A program made the position numbers and the translations under genes. From the NCBI GenBank assembly GCA_051530055.1, contig CM121342.1:12849480-12913479 (forward strand): a stretch of 64,000 nucleotides of DNA, read 5' to 3'. Within the stretch, counting starts at the first letter, position 1. The number at the start of each line of letters is the position of its first letter. The notes below the pieces were generated by a model that was not told where the DNA came from, did no database searches, and saw nothing but the letters and a program-made list of their open reading frames with translations. Positions 23,886-35,247 of this stretch are shown here, piece by piece. The stretch is from Neoechinorhynchus agilis (Eukaryota; Animalia; Acanthocephala).

Positions 23886-24237
23886 TCCTGGACACACTGT
23901 AGCCCTAATTCATGATAAAGCGCTTAGGTCATGATATTATTTGAACGGAAAATTCATTCATTTTAAGAATGTTGTCGCACTATAACCAATAATTGCACGT
24001 CAGGTTTCATTGATACGACATTTCCATACGATTAGGATGAGCGTAATAGCCAGTTAGTTTTCGTTATGGCTGAAATCGGCACGTACTTTGTGGAATTAAA
24101 TTCTTGCTATTGGAAATATCGGCTTTTGCGCACGAATTGTTTATTGTGATTCTGTTGTCATGGCATTTTGAAGTCCAAAAATATGATTCTGTTATATAGA
24201 ATGATAAAAACACTAAAACGTTGTTTGTCTTTCCTGA

Positions 24238-24843
24238 ATGCAGATTGAAAACGAAATGAAAAGTGCGCACGGATCAATAAACGATCCAATGGACAAGGAC
24301 AAGACCAAACAGAGAGTGAATGGAGCCATAGAAAAGGATCGCAAGCGATATTTTCGAAAACGTTTGATGCCTTCCTTCAAATCTAAGAAATGTTCATGGG
24401 GAAGGCGAGGCAAAAAGCATCACAATCGTTGGTCGTCAAAATCTTGCAAGACGTCTTCACTCTCGCTAGCATTCGGACTTAATCATGGGTTCAACCGAGA
24501 CGTCAGAAGAGATTTTCAGGAAATGGATAAAAGACTGAAAAAGCCGGATATTTTGTCTTTGGGTGGAGATGAGAGTAAGTCGGAACTGGCGAAAACTGAA
24601 ATTGTAATTGATTTGGAAAGGTTGAAGGAGGAACTGGAGCACGAGGAGAAGTTTGCTGCGATTTGTAACCAGATGGATTCAGATGTCGCCTCAAAAACAA
24701 CCGAACAGGACGAACGAAAAGAAGAGCAAAGTTCAGGAAAAAAGCAAGAGTTTTCCTCCTTTATCGCTGTTGCATATGCATTAATAGCCGGGGCCTTGGT
24801 AACCGTTGTTGCATCGGCTGCTTCGATGGTCTACTATTGGTAG
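24238..24843 (+). CDS. Hypothetical tail-anchored membrane protein
   Basis: 201-aa ORF with basic and charged/coiled segments and one C-terminal hydrophobic helix (FIAVAYALIAGALVTVVASAASMVYYW). No family recognised; an upstream exon is possible. Confidence 0.5.
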   Translation: MQIENEMKSAHGSINDPMDKDKTKQRVNGAIEKDRKRYFRKRLMPSFKSKKCSWGRRGKKHHNRWSSKSCKTSSLSLAFGLNHGFNRDVRRDFQEMDKRLKKPDILSLGGDESKSELAKTEIVIDLERLKEELEHEEKFAAICNQMDSDVASKTTEQDERKEEQSSGKKQEFSSFIAVAYALIAGALVTVVASAASMVYYW

Positions 24844-25884
24844 ACGACCACACTTTTTTAATTTATAAGTGAATGACTTTGCGTAGGGATAGGGGAAATT
24901 GGCTCAAATCATTTAACGCAAGCAGCAACTCTGAGGAAAATTCATAAATAAGGCGAATGAGAGCCAAAACTTTTTTTATAGATGCCGCGCACTGGTTATG
25001 GAATCATGAATAAGTCACTCAATACACTTCGGGCGAAGTAAGAAATAGTCGTGGTTTAGTCGATCGTACGTTTTGCTGGGAAGCGATATCTTTGTTTTAA
25101 CAGCACATACTATCCTTTAGAAACTATTTAAACAATTCACACAATTTCTAACGCACTTGATGATCTAAACAAATTGATTACTGTTTTTGAATTGGTCGCT
25201 ATTTTACATTTTAAAATTTAAGTTTGTCTCAGTATTAATAATTCATTGTGTACTTAGAACATTTTATATTTTTCCTTTTCTTAAGACGATAACCATAACG
25301 CTCTGCGATTAAACATTTCACTTAATGAATTTTTGTTTCGAAATAATGTGCGGTCATGAGATCAAAAACAAGTTTACTTGCTCGATTGTAATGTAAATCC
25401 TCGTTGTTTAAAAATATCCGCATACATAAAAGACTACTGCCATTTAATCGCAATCCTATGCTTCAGCCATCATAAGAATTGTTCTAATTCTAAAATTTAT
25501 CCTTCGAAATCGTGCGCGTTTAGTCCATCTCCCTATGAAAAAGTAACTTTATTTTGGTGGTGTTTTTGTACAATAGAAGGTTGGCGTTTTCTAAAAATTA
25601 AAGCTCTACACTGAGAATCATCGGCATGAATTCAATTTAAACTTATGTAGAACCAGCTAAAAAGATAAAAAGTGCCATGCTGGCGAATCCCACTGCTTGT
25701 TATAATACTCAACATGCTTTTGCAATTATTAAGATATTGTTTTCATTCATCTTTATATGCTACGTATGACTCCATTTGAAATCAGAAAGTGAACGAATTC
25801 ATTTCTGTATCATGGAGAAAAGTTCTAATTATTTGTCCAATTAAAGCAGGTTTGTTACAGATCGAACCAACATGCATAAATTAA

Positions 25885-28800
25885 TCATTTCTTGGATTGG
25901 CGAGGATGAGCTACAGCATGGAACTCCCAATCAATCTTTCGCAAAAGATTTCTGTCTTTGCTTTTCTTTATTCTTTGTTTGCATGCTTCTAGTGCTTCTT
26001 TGTTGCTTTTATTCGGTAAAAGTGTGGCATTCCATAGGAACTGGAGACATTCTTCACTTCTTGGTAGCGAGATCACAACCGCATATATGTCATGAATCCG
26101 GTCTCTAATAGCACTGTAGGCACTATTGCACATCTCAAAAAACCTTGATGCCAAACTGGTTGATTAAGGTCGCTTGAGATATAATCACAAACCTCTCAAG
26201 GGAGTCGTTGTCCTCAAAATGACTCATAACTTCCACAAAGTCGGAAACAAGTACTATTGGTGACCATTCACGATTTATTGGCCCTGCTTTAATGTAGTTT
26301 CCATACATGTACGAAAAGTCGATGTGAACCATCTACACACATAAGGATTCTCTTCTATTACACTGAAAAGCTATTAACTTTTGTAGAGACTAACAGAATT
26401 AAAAGATTTCTGCATTGTAAGTGAAAATATTATAAAGTTTATTATAGATGATTCATTCCTGAGTTACGAATTAAAAGGCTTAAAACTAAAGCCATTATTT
26501 TGATCTTTATAATACCGATGAACTGAGAACTAGGAAATAAGTCTATAGAAGGGAATGTAAATCAGAATTGTGCGCAAAACACGATTGTAGCAGCAAATGG
26601 TTATACCAACCTGTCCATTCGTGCAAATCAGGATATTGCTCGGATGACGATCGCCGAATCCCAAAATGTCCGCAGCCACAGAATATCCTACACATGACCT
26701 TGTGAAGACTTCAACTGAATACTCAAGACTAAAGCAAATAAACTATTTTAAACGTTAAAATAAGGCAGAACGCCAGACTTTCGTTTGGATCCAAACTTTT
26801 TCATCCAATAATAGAGGGGTTCTCCTTCACTGATAAACGTAAACGGATTGAGAGCGGAAGGGACACGAACTTCGCGTCTGGCATCAAGTATCGATTTGGA
26901 TTCAGGCACCATCTCGATCATTCCAAAGAGTTTGAGTACTGGATGCACATCGTAAGCAACCAGTCTGCATTGTAAAGAAAATGATTAACGATTTTTCGAC
27001 GCGAGGCTGAACTAACGGAAAATGGTGTCCTTTGCCGTTCCAGAACGACTCAAACAATTTAAGAATTTGAAGTGCAGCTGACTCATGACATAAATCTAAA
27101 AAATAACATAGATTGTCATTGAACTAAGGGGTCATACCGTCGCCGCTCTTAAAAATTATCGCAATTTGATTGTCCAAGTCATTTACATTACTTTCAATAA
27201 TGTTTTTCCAAATGATTTTTAAAGGTCGTCGGTTCGAGTCGAAAACAAGACATTCTTCAAACTGAACTGGACCTAGTCCAATCGTCGGATGGAGAGGTGA
27301 ATGCCAATTTTCGAGTTCGGATTTGTATTTTTTGAGTTGGGAACGGAGTAAAAGCGTGGCTTCAGCTTTGTTGCTAGCAGCGGCCACGTGATCACAAATT
27401 TTACTTATGCGTTTCATGACAATCATTTGTTTTCCAATCGTGTCTCGAAATGATTCCTTGAGCATATGATTCAGTAAATTTTGAACCAATCTAAACTTTG
27501 GACAATCCTTCGGTGCAATCAGCCTGAACGATAGTTGCACATAGAAGAAAAGAATTGAACGCACCTTAAAGTCCAGAAAAATGCCATAGCAATTGAGTTA
27601 TTAAAGTAGCTTTTGACTAATAGCAATCGAAGTAAAGGTGAATCGATATAAAATTCCTTAAGAACTGCCTTTTATTTCGGCGCAAAAGGAGGTAAACATT
27701 CTTTAATTAATAAAAATACCTGGCTTAATTGAGGTAAAAAAAATCTAATTTCCGTGTCTGATGCATTCCGACTCAGATAATCAACAGCTTTTTGTCGAAC
27801 AAAAAAATCGGGAAATCGATTGCAATTTAAAATGATCAAGATTGTGAACACTGACACTTTTAATGTCAAGTTTTCAAGGAAGCTGTACAATTCGGCTACT
27901 TGCTCACAGTTCCACCAGTCTGTTGTGCTGATTAAACAAGGGAGCATTATGAGGAAATTTTAAGGACAAGAACATTCTTAAGAGCGATCAGGCGTTAGTT
28001 CATTTTGTCCTACGCGTTTTTGGGTAGGTTTGTAGTCATCATATTTTCCCGAAATTACACTATTTCTGAAGTTCGACAGCGAAAATTTTTAGAATTCAAA
28101 GTAATCGAGTTCTGAAACCAGCTTTCGTTTGTTTCACCCTATACATAGTACATAAAATAGTATTATCCTTTCATCTTTTGGTTGAGGGTCCATTGCAGTA
28201 AAAAAATTAGTCACAAGTTAACCTGCCTTTAATGCTGTTATAATTATTTTCATTTTACTTTTTCAAATATAAATAATCTGTTCAATAAATTCGAGTAAAA
28301 TGTTTAACAAAATATAAAGAAAATTAGAACCTGGTACTCTTACGACATGCTTAAATCCCAGCCGTAATTGATTCCCTCAAATTTCCTCCTTTAAGGTGTG
28401 TGTCCGAAGTGAAGATTTACCAATTAAGAAATATCTGAATAACCGAACTAATATCGTAGTTAAGCTAATGCAGAATTCAAGTTACTGACCGGTATTTCCA
28501 CAGATAATCGCGAAGTGATGGATCAAGATCTATTATTTTGTCCACATCGTCAAATCTCTTTGTGAATGCTGATTTGACTTTCGAAAAGTTTTTACTGCTT
28601 TCATCCTAAAGTCATTAATTTTTAAAACGCTAGTATATATCGGTCTCAACATCATTTATTGGAAGATTAAGCAAGTGAGATCCATCCAGCGTTTTTGGAC
28701 AATACTGAATCTTGCATTTCTCGCTTTGTATGATAACATCAACCCTTTTCCGTAAGTGTTCGCTTTTTGGTTTCGAAACTAAATTTAAATTTTTAAAATT

Positions 28801-31800
28801 TTTTTAGGAAAAACTAAATGCACCAGTAACTTGACCATTTATGCAAAACCCGTGTTTATCCAAGAATTTTTCGCAATCATCATTAAAAGGATTTAGCGGT
28901 AGTCGCGACCACGACTTCATAATTCCGTCGATATCGAATATCGGAATATTGACCCATGCAATTATGTTGTCCTTCTGACGGGAATAAATTGAAGAATTCG
29001 TCATTTTGTATGAATGAAGACGATCACCTTCTTGCACCATGATCCAATAAGCACTATGCAAATGAGAGCACAGCGTGGCACATCGTTTACATTGGTAAAG
29101 AATTGAACGGTATTGCTCTTCGATGTCAATCGGCGACATTCCTTCATCTGAACGCCATGATAAAGTGCAATCTTCGCCTAAACTTTCAGGTAAGGGATTT
29201 CTTCGTCAACCAGGAGCAAGAATATCTACTTTATGTCTAAGTCCGCGGAGCGTAAGCCGGAAATTCTCATCAATATTGCACGAAGGAACATATCCAGCTT
29301 GTGCATCATGGTGATTACCTATTGACTAATTAGAAGAACTGTATCAAATGAGGTGAAAGCACCTTCCAACTTTAACGATTGTACAACTGTGTTTTTGAGA
29401 ATTAACATTGTAAGATGGGCAACCTTATTCATCATATAACATTTGTAGATGTACTAGTGTAAAAAATATGAAAGATTTATTCGAAGCGATGGAAAAAACG
29501 TATATGTGCAATTATTCATGTAAAGATAATCTGGTTTTTAAAAGTAAAAACAGTTTGTATCTTACTTATACTTTTACTGTTGCTAATCGCGTTTTGGAGT
29601 TAAGGAAATGCATACTTGAGATAAAATGTTAAATCTTTTGCCAAAATTGAATCGGTAATGTTAAAGGAAAAGTCGCATTCGGAGAGAAAACCGGACAGCA
29701 ACTTCGTCCAGTCCAAATGGGCTGCTGCACATCCTGCGGGGCGGAAGCTATTGTCCACTCGCTCCGAAACTTTGCTACGAGAAGCTCAGAGCCGTGCGTG
29801 ATTCTTAAGTGCGATTTTCGGAACGCCTTTAACTCTCTCAATAAAGAAAGCATGTTCTGCGCAATTAGGGATCGCGCACCAGAAGCCTTCCAGTATTTTC
29901 TCAATGCCTACGGGACGGCGACTCCTTTGCTTTTCGAAGACCACCTCATTTGGTCCGAAAGAGGAGTGCAGCAAGGAGATCCCCTCGGTCCAATCGCATT
30001 CTCCCTAACAGTAAATCCAATAGCGCATTCTCTCCATTCCAGCTTCAGCGCTTGGTACTTGGATGACGCTACGCTCGGAGGTGATCTCTCCGTTGTACTG
30101 CGCGATATGGAGACGTTGATTAGGGAGACCTCGAAGATGGGCATTGAGCTTAATGCTGGAAAATGTGAGCTCTTTGTACTGAATATTGGAGACGCCGCCA
30201 AAGTCAAAGAACTAATGGCTGGGTTCGAGGCCGTAGCTCCAGGCCTGAAACTCGTGACTCGGGAACAACTCAGCCTCCTGGGCAGTTTCGTCTTCGATTC
30301 AAATGTGGAAGATGAGATCGGCCATATCATACCGAAACTTTAGTTGCTGTGCGATATAGTGTGCGCTCTCTCGGCTCATGAAGCCTTGTTTCTCATAAAA
30401 ACGCGCTTTTCATCCCCAAATTATTGAACAAGGTTCGCACAGCAACATTTTTCAAACATAAGGAAGGATTGGCTAAGCTAGACGGCAAGGTGAGGGCTTG
30501 TCTCGAGCGTATTTTAAATGTCCAGCTCTCAGATGAGACGTGGCGACAAGCTTCTTTGCCTGTGTCATCGGAGGGATTGGGAATTCGGGCACTAGTGGAC
30601 CTTGCTTTGCCGGCCTTTCTTGGATCGTTTGAGGGGAGCCTACCAGTATCGAAGAAAATTTTGAAGGAAAAGTTCTGTCTTGACCGGGATTTCGTGGTGG
30701 CGGTTGAGGAATGGTGCCAGCGGACAGGCGCTAACCATGTTCCCGTGAATGGCCTCAGACAGTCGATCTGGGACGGACCTCTTGTCGCGAGAGCTCACAG
30801 CTCTCTACTTTCAGGTTCTTGCGATGGGGTCGTCCAAGCTAGACTGTTGCAGTTTCAACACGAGAACCTGGGGCGTGGTTGGAGTCTGTTCCTCTGGCAT
30901 CAGTGGGAACTCTTCTTACTGACGAGGTAACGAGGATCGCAGTATCCTTGAGACTTGGTCTCCCGATATGCACGCCCTATCGCTGTCGATGTGGGTCCTT
31001 GGTTGATGCTCTCGGGCGACACGGTCTCGTCTGCAGAAGGTCAGCAGGAAGGTTCTCACGCCATTCTGAAATCAATAACGCAATTTCTCGGGCGTTGAGA
31101 ACGGCGAACTTCCCGAACATCCTGGAACCCGCCCACCTCTGTAGACTAGACGGCCGTAGGCCCGATGGAATTTCGGTCTTCCCGTGGCAGGACGCCACGT
31201 GTGTGGATACCCTCGCAGCCAGCAACATCCCCTACTCCCTCGAAATCGCCGGTGGTGCCGCCAGTGAATCGAGGGCTCACTATTTTGTCCCCTTTGGGGT
31301 AGAGACGTGTGGAGCGCTCGGCAGCTCAGCACTCTCTCTGCTCCAGGATCTCTCGAAGAAATTGAGAGAGGCAACCGAAGACTCAAGAGCAGGCGTATTC
31401 CTTCGACAAAATATCTCGCTAGCAGTACAACGGGGCAGTGCTGCCAGCGTGATGGCGACGGTCGAGGAAGGACAAAAGCTGGAATTCGGCGGGAGGTGGT
31501 GAGTGTGTTAATTGTCGAGAGATGAAGATTGATTGAATACATTTATCGTTAAAAAAAGAATGCGAAAGTTATAGTGTTTCAAAGGGCTAATAGCAAAATA
31601 AGCGATATTATTTTACGAAAAGTATTATTGCAATGCTGAACATTCGGAGAACAAAATTATAGAGTAGATTAGAAGGATTTTGTCCCTTTTTAAATTCTAA
31701 TCTGAAATTGCATACAACTAGGCAGTTTGTTAAGAATAAGAAAATTGGTTGTTCATCCGTGTAAAGATTAACGTAGAAGGCATTAGCGGAATGATTATTG

Positions 31801-32726
31801 AAATCAAAATCACTGCTTTAAAATGCTAAGCAAAAGTAATTTATGAAGAGACAAATAAAGCCAAAAGGAAAATCTCTGTCTGAAATTCAAATACAAAAAA
31901 CAATTTTTCGTTGTCCAATAACTCACCTTATATTTTATGAGCCTAATATTCTCAAACATAATTTCGTTTCTGTTTTTAATTCGAAGATAGCGTGCGCCAG
32001 ATTGATTGTCGTCCTGGATAGGCCATTGCGCTTCGATGTGAGTAGTGAACTCTGTTGGTGTCCAATTGACATCAACTTCAAGGTCACGGCACTCACCGAA
32101 TATATCCAAGCGCACTTGTACTAGACCTTCAGTTAATGTAGACCGTTGTTTCTTAAAAACAGAAAATTGAACCTACCTTGAACATTAGGAGCACATATGA
32201 ACTGATCTGGGTAGAAGCGAGATCTAAGTTTCGCCGATGCCTCGTCTGATCTCTTCTGAACGTCTTTTATGAACAAAACAAGACGATCATATGGTTGAAC
32301 CTGTAAGAGAAAACATGAACGCGCTGTAAAAGAATTTATGCGTTTTGGATACAATGATACTACCTTATCCTTTCTGAGCATAGTCATTTCCTTCGACTCT
32401 TCTTTGGGGACCATTTGTAGCACCGGGACGAAGAAATCGACATTTTTTAGGATGTCGCTTTCTTTTAGTGTCACCAACTTAAGCGTTGAAGTCGACAGGT
32501 GAACTAAATCGTAATCAGTTGATCTCTCCGTGACTTGACTATCAGAACCGATTTGGCGCTTGACATCGGCAATCGATGACGACCTAGTTGCCAATTTACT
32601 GTATTCCGAGAGAAGAAGCGGCGATAATTAAACTAACGCATTTGAATTTATTTTTAAGACGACGCCATTTGAACATAGTATTTCAAGCTCGATTATAAAA
32701 TAGCTGTCGTGTGATGAGTATGCCAT
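25885..32726 (-). CDS. Divergent class I phosphoinositide 3-kinase catalytic subunit (p110-like), multi-exon
   Basis: ABD (EILCSNGVVLKI, SIADVKRQI, FFVPVLQMV), RBD (YLRIKNRNEIM), C2 (IAWVNIPIFD), helical (FVRQKAVDYL..FLPQLSQ), kinase (IIFKSGDDLCHE, FTRSCVGYSV..ILGFGDRHPSNIL, VHIDFS, IDWEFHAVAH). ATG at 32726 joins through a 39-nt GT-AG intron. Confidence 0.88.
29680..31502 (+). mobile_element. CRE-like retrotransposon, subfamily B, inside a PI3K intron (antisense), with small deletions
   Basis: LRPVQMG, CDFRNAFNS, GVQQGDPLGP, WYLDD, CRCG..GRHGLVC, RPDG, FVPFGVET. Lies between the PI3K RBD exon (~31915) and the C2 exon (~29340). Confidence 0.92.
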
Positions 32727-33120
32727 GTTGAAATTTTTGGGAAAACTGAGCAGTGTTCAAAAGTTTTACGTGAGTTGACGGCGCGTTCGAGTTAAAGCGG
32801 AATTGTAAGGTGAAAAAACGAAAAAAGTTTGTACTAAAAGCTAACCATTTAAAGACCGGAAAAATGATAACTATTCGTTTACAAAAAATGGATTATGTTA
32901 GTAACTTTAATTTCTTAATAACCTTGTTGAAAATATATTTTCCCTCCTCAGTTATTTTTCTTAGAACTATTCTTGAATGAAATATTCACACTGTGAAATA
33001 TTTTATGGCGCCAATATTTCGAATTTTAATCAAATCCATATACAGGGAAGCAGTAAAAACATACACACTCACACTAATAGTATGATATCCACCTCGTCAT
33101 AACACTTGTCTGCTAAGCAA

Positions 33121-33330
33121 TTACAGTTGAGTGTACAATGTTAGACCACTGGACATCTCATTATATTTGACGTTGATTGAGGTTCTGTCATGGCGGATGA
33201 TCATTGCCTCAGCCAATCTTAGTATCGTGGTCTCATTGTCCTTATAGAGGATCATAATTCGGTTTTAAAAGCTTGAAATATAAACACCTCCATGTCCATC
33301 CTTTGTACATGTGTGACCACACATAGGATT
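33121..33330 (-). mobile_element. Penelope-like element remnant (GIY-YIG endonuclease C-terminus)
   Basis: Minus strand reads ILYKDNETTILRLAEAMIIRHDRTSINVKYNEMSSGLTLY then stop, resembling the IL..LR..EA..I....IN.K.E tail of PLE endonucleases. Confidence 0.5.
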
Positions 33331-33789
33331 ATGCTTATTTAAGCTCAAATATGAAAAATAGGGATGAAGAAATTACAATTGATTATAGAATGTAATGCTC
33401 ATCAGAATGAGTCGCGAGACTGGGTAAGCATCAATAGCTTCAAATTCTGGGATTTATAAGTAATTAATTGTTAACGCTTACTTTAAAGATAGCACCGGTG
33501 TGCTACAAGCATCATGCAATTACTGCAATTCTAGGCTATGTATTGAACCTTCAGGAAATTTTTTTATGAACGAAGCTGATTTTTCAAGAACTCAACTTTT
33601 CGAGCTAAGGCTATAAATGTCACGATAAAAAACGCACGCGAATCAATTTAAGAGGATTGTTATGGCTAAATGCCGTATAAAGAACGGAAGCACAGCTAGC
33701 TACGGGCGTAGGTGATTCCCTAAACGACACCTTTCTTTGCCGCCAAGCATCGTGGACATTCATGAGATAAAATTCCGATAAATTTCAGA

Positions 33790-35247
33790 CTCACTTAAAA
33801 GCATCCAATTTTTATCTACTACATAAAGTCTTCTTATACGAGCATCTTTATTAAAGTAAACAATGAAGAAAAAGTACACAGACGCGTTTATTTAACATCG
33901 AATTTTTATTTACTGGATAATGTTATCTTATACGAGTGACTATTAAAATGGAGACCTAAGAAGGAGTACACAGACGTGTTTTAAAGCATCGAATTTTTAT
34001 TCAGTTGGTAATGTTTTCTTACACGAGCGACTTTATTAAAGTGAGTAACAAAGGAGTACAAAGACGCATTTTAAAGCGTAGAATTTTTATTTACTGGGGT
34101 CATGTTTTCTAATACGAGCGACTTTATTAAAGTGAGGAACTAAGAAGGAGTACAAAGACACGTTTATAAGCACAGAATTTTTATTTACTTGGTAATGTTT
34201 TTTTATACGAGCGTCTTTACTAAAGTGAAGTACTAAGAAGTAGTACACTGACGCGTTTTAAAGCATCGAATTTTTATTAACGGGGTAAAGTTTTCTTATA
34301 CGAGCGTCTTTATTAAAGCGGAGAAAAAGAAGGAGTACACACACGCCTTTTAAAGCATCGAATTATTATTTACTGGGCAATGTTTTCTTATACGAGCGTC
34401 TCTATTATACTGAAGAAGTAAAAAGGAGTACACAGACGCGTTTTAAAGCGTAGAATTTTTATTTGCTGGGTAATGTTTTGTTTTACGAGCGTCACGTTTT
34501 CTTATATGAGAGTCCTTATTAAAGTGGAGATCTAAGGAGTACACAGACGCGTTTTTTAGCATCGAATTTTTAATTACTGGGTAACGTTTTCTTATACGAG
34601 CGTCTTTATAAAGTTGAGAACAAAGGAGGAATATACAGACGCGTTTTAAAGCATCGAATTTTTATTTACTGGGTAATGCTTTCTTATACGAGCGTCTTTG
34701 TTTAAGTGGAGAACTAGGAAGGAGTACACACACGCATTTTAAAGCATCGAATTTTTATTTACTGGGTAAATGTTTTCTTATACGAGCGTCTTTTTAGTGG
34801 AACTAAGAGTACAACGCTTTTAAAGCATCGAATTTTTATTTACTGGGTAAGTTTTCTTATACGAGCGTCTTATTAATAAAAAGTGTTTTTGCTTTCTTAT
34901 ACGAGCGTCTTTGTTTAAGTGGAGAACTAGGAAGGAGTACACACACGCATTTTAAAGCATCGAATTTTTATTTACTGGGTAATGTTTTCTTATACGAGCG
35001 TCTTTATTAGTCGCGAACTAATGAGTACACACGCTTTTAAAGCATCGAATTTTTATTTACTGGGTAACGTTTTCTTATACGAGCGTCATTATTAAAGTGG
35101 AGAAATAAGGAGTACACGGACGCGTTTTAAAGCACCGAATTTTTAATTACTGGGTAATGTTTTCTTATGCGAGCATCTTTATTAAAGTGGAGAACTAAGA
35201 ATAAGTGGACAGACGCGTTTCAAAGCATCGAATTTTTATTTACTGGG
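33790..35247. repeat. Tandem satellite A, ~90-93 bp unit, ~15 copies (left block)
   Basis: Unit consensus AAAGTGGAGAACTAAGAAGGAGTACACAGACGCGTTTTAAAGCATCGAATTTTTATTTACTGGGTAATGTTTTCTTATACGAGCGTCTTTATT. Confidence 0.97.

Noticed and set aside
32930-32960. Hammerhead-like CTGAGGA..GAAA plus palindrome downstream of the Penelope remnant
   Set aside because: Only 2 nt are available for helix II and there is no helix I pairing.
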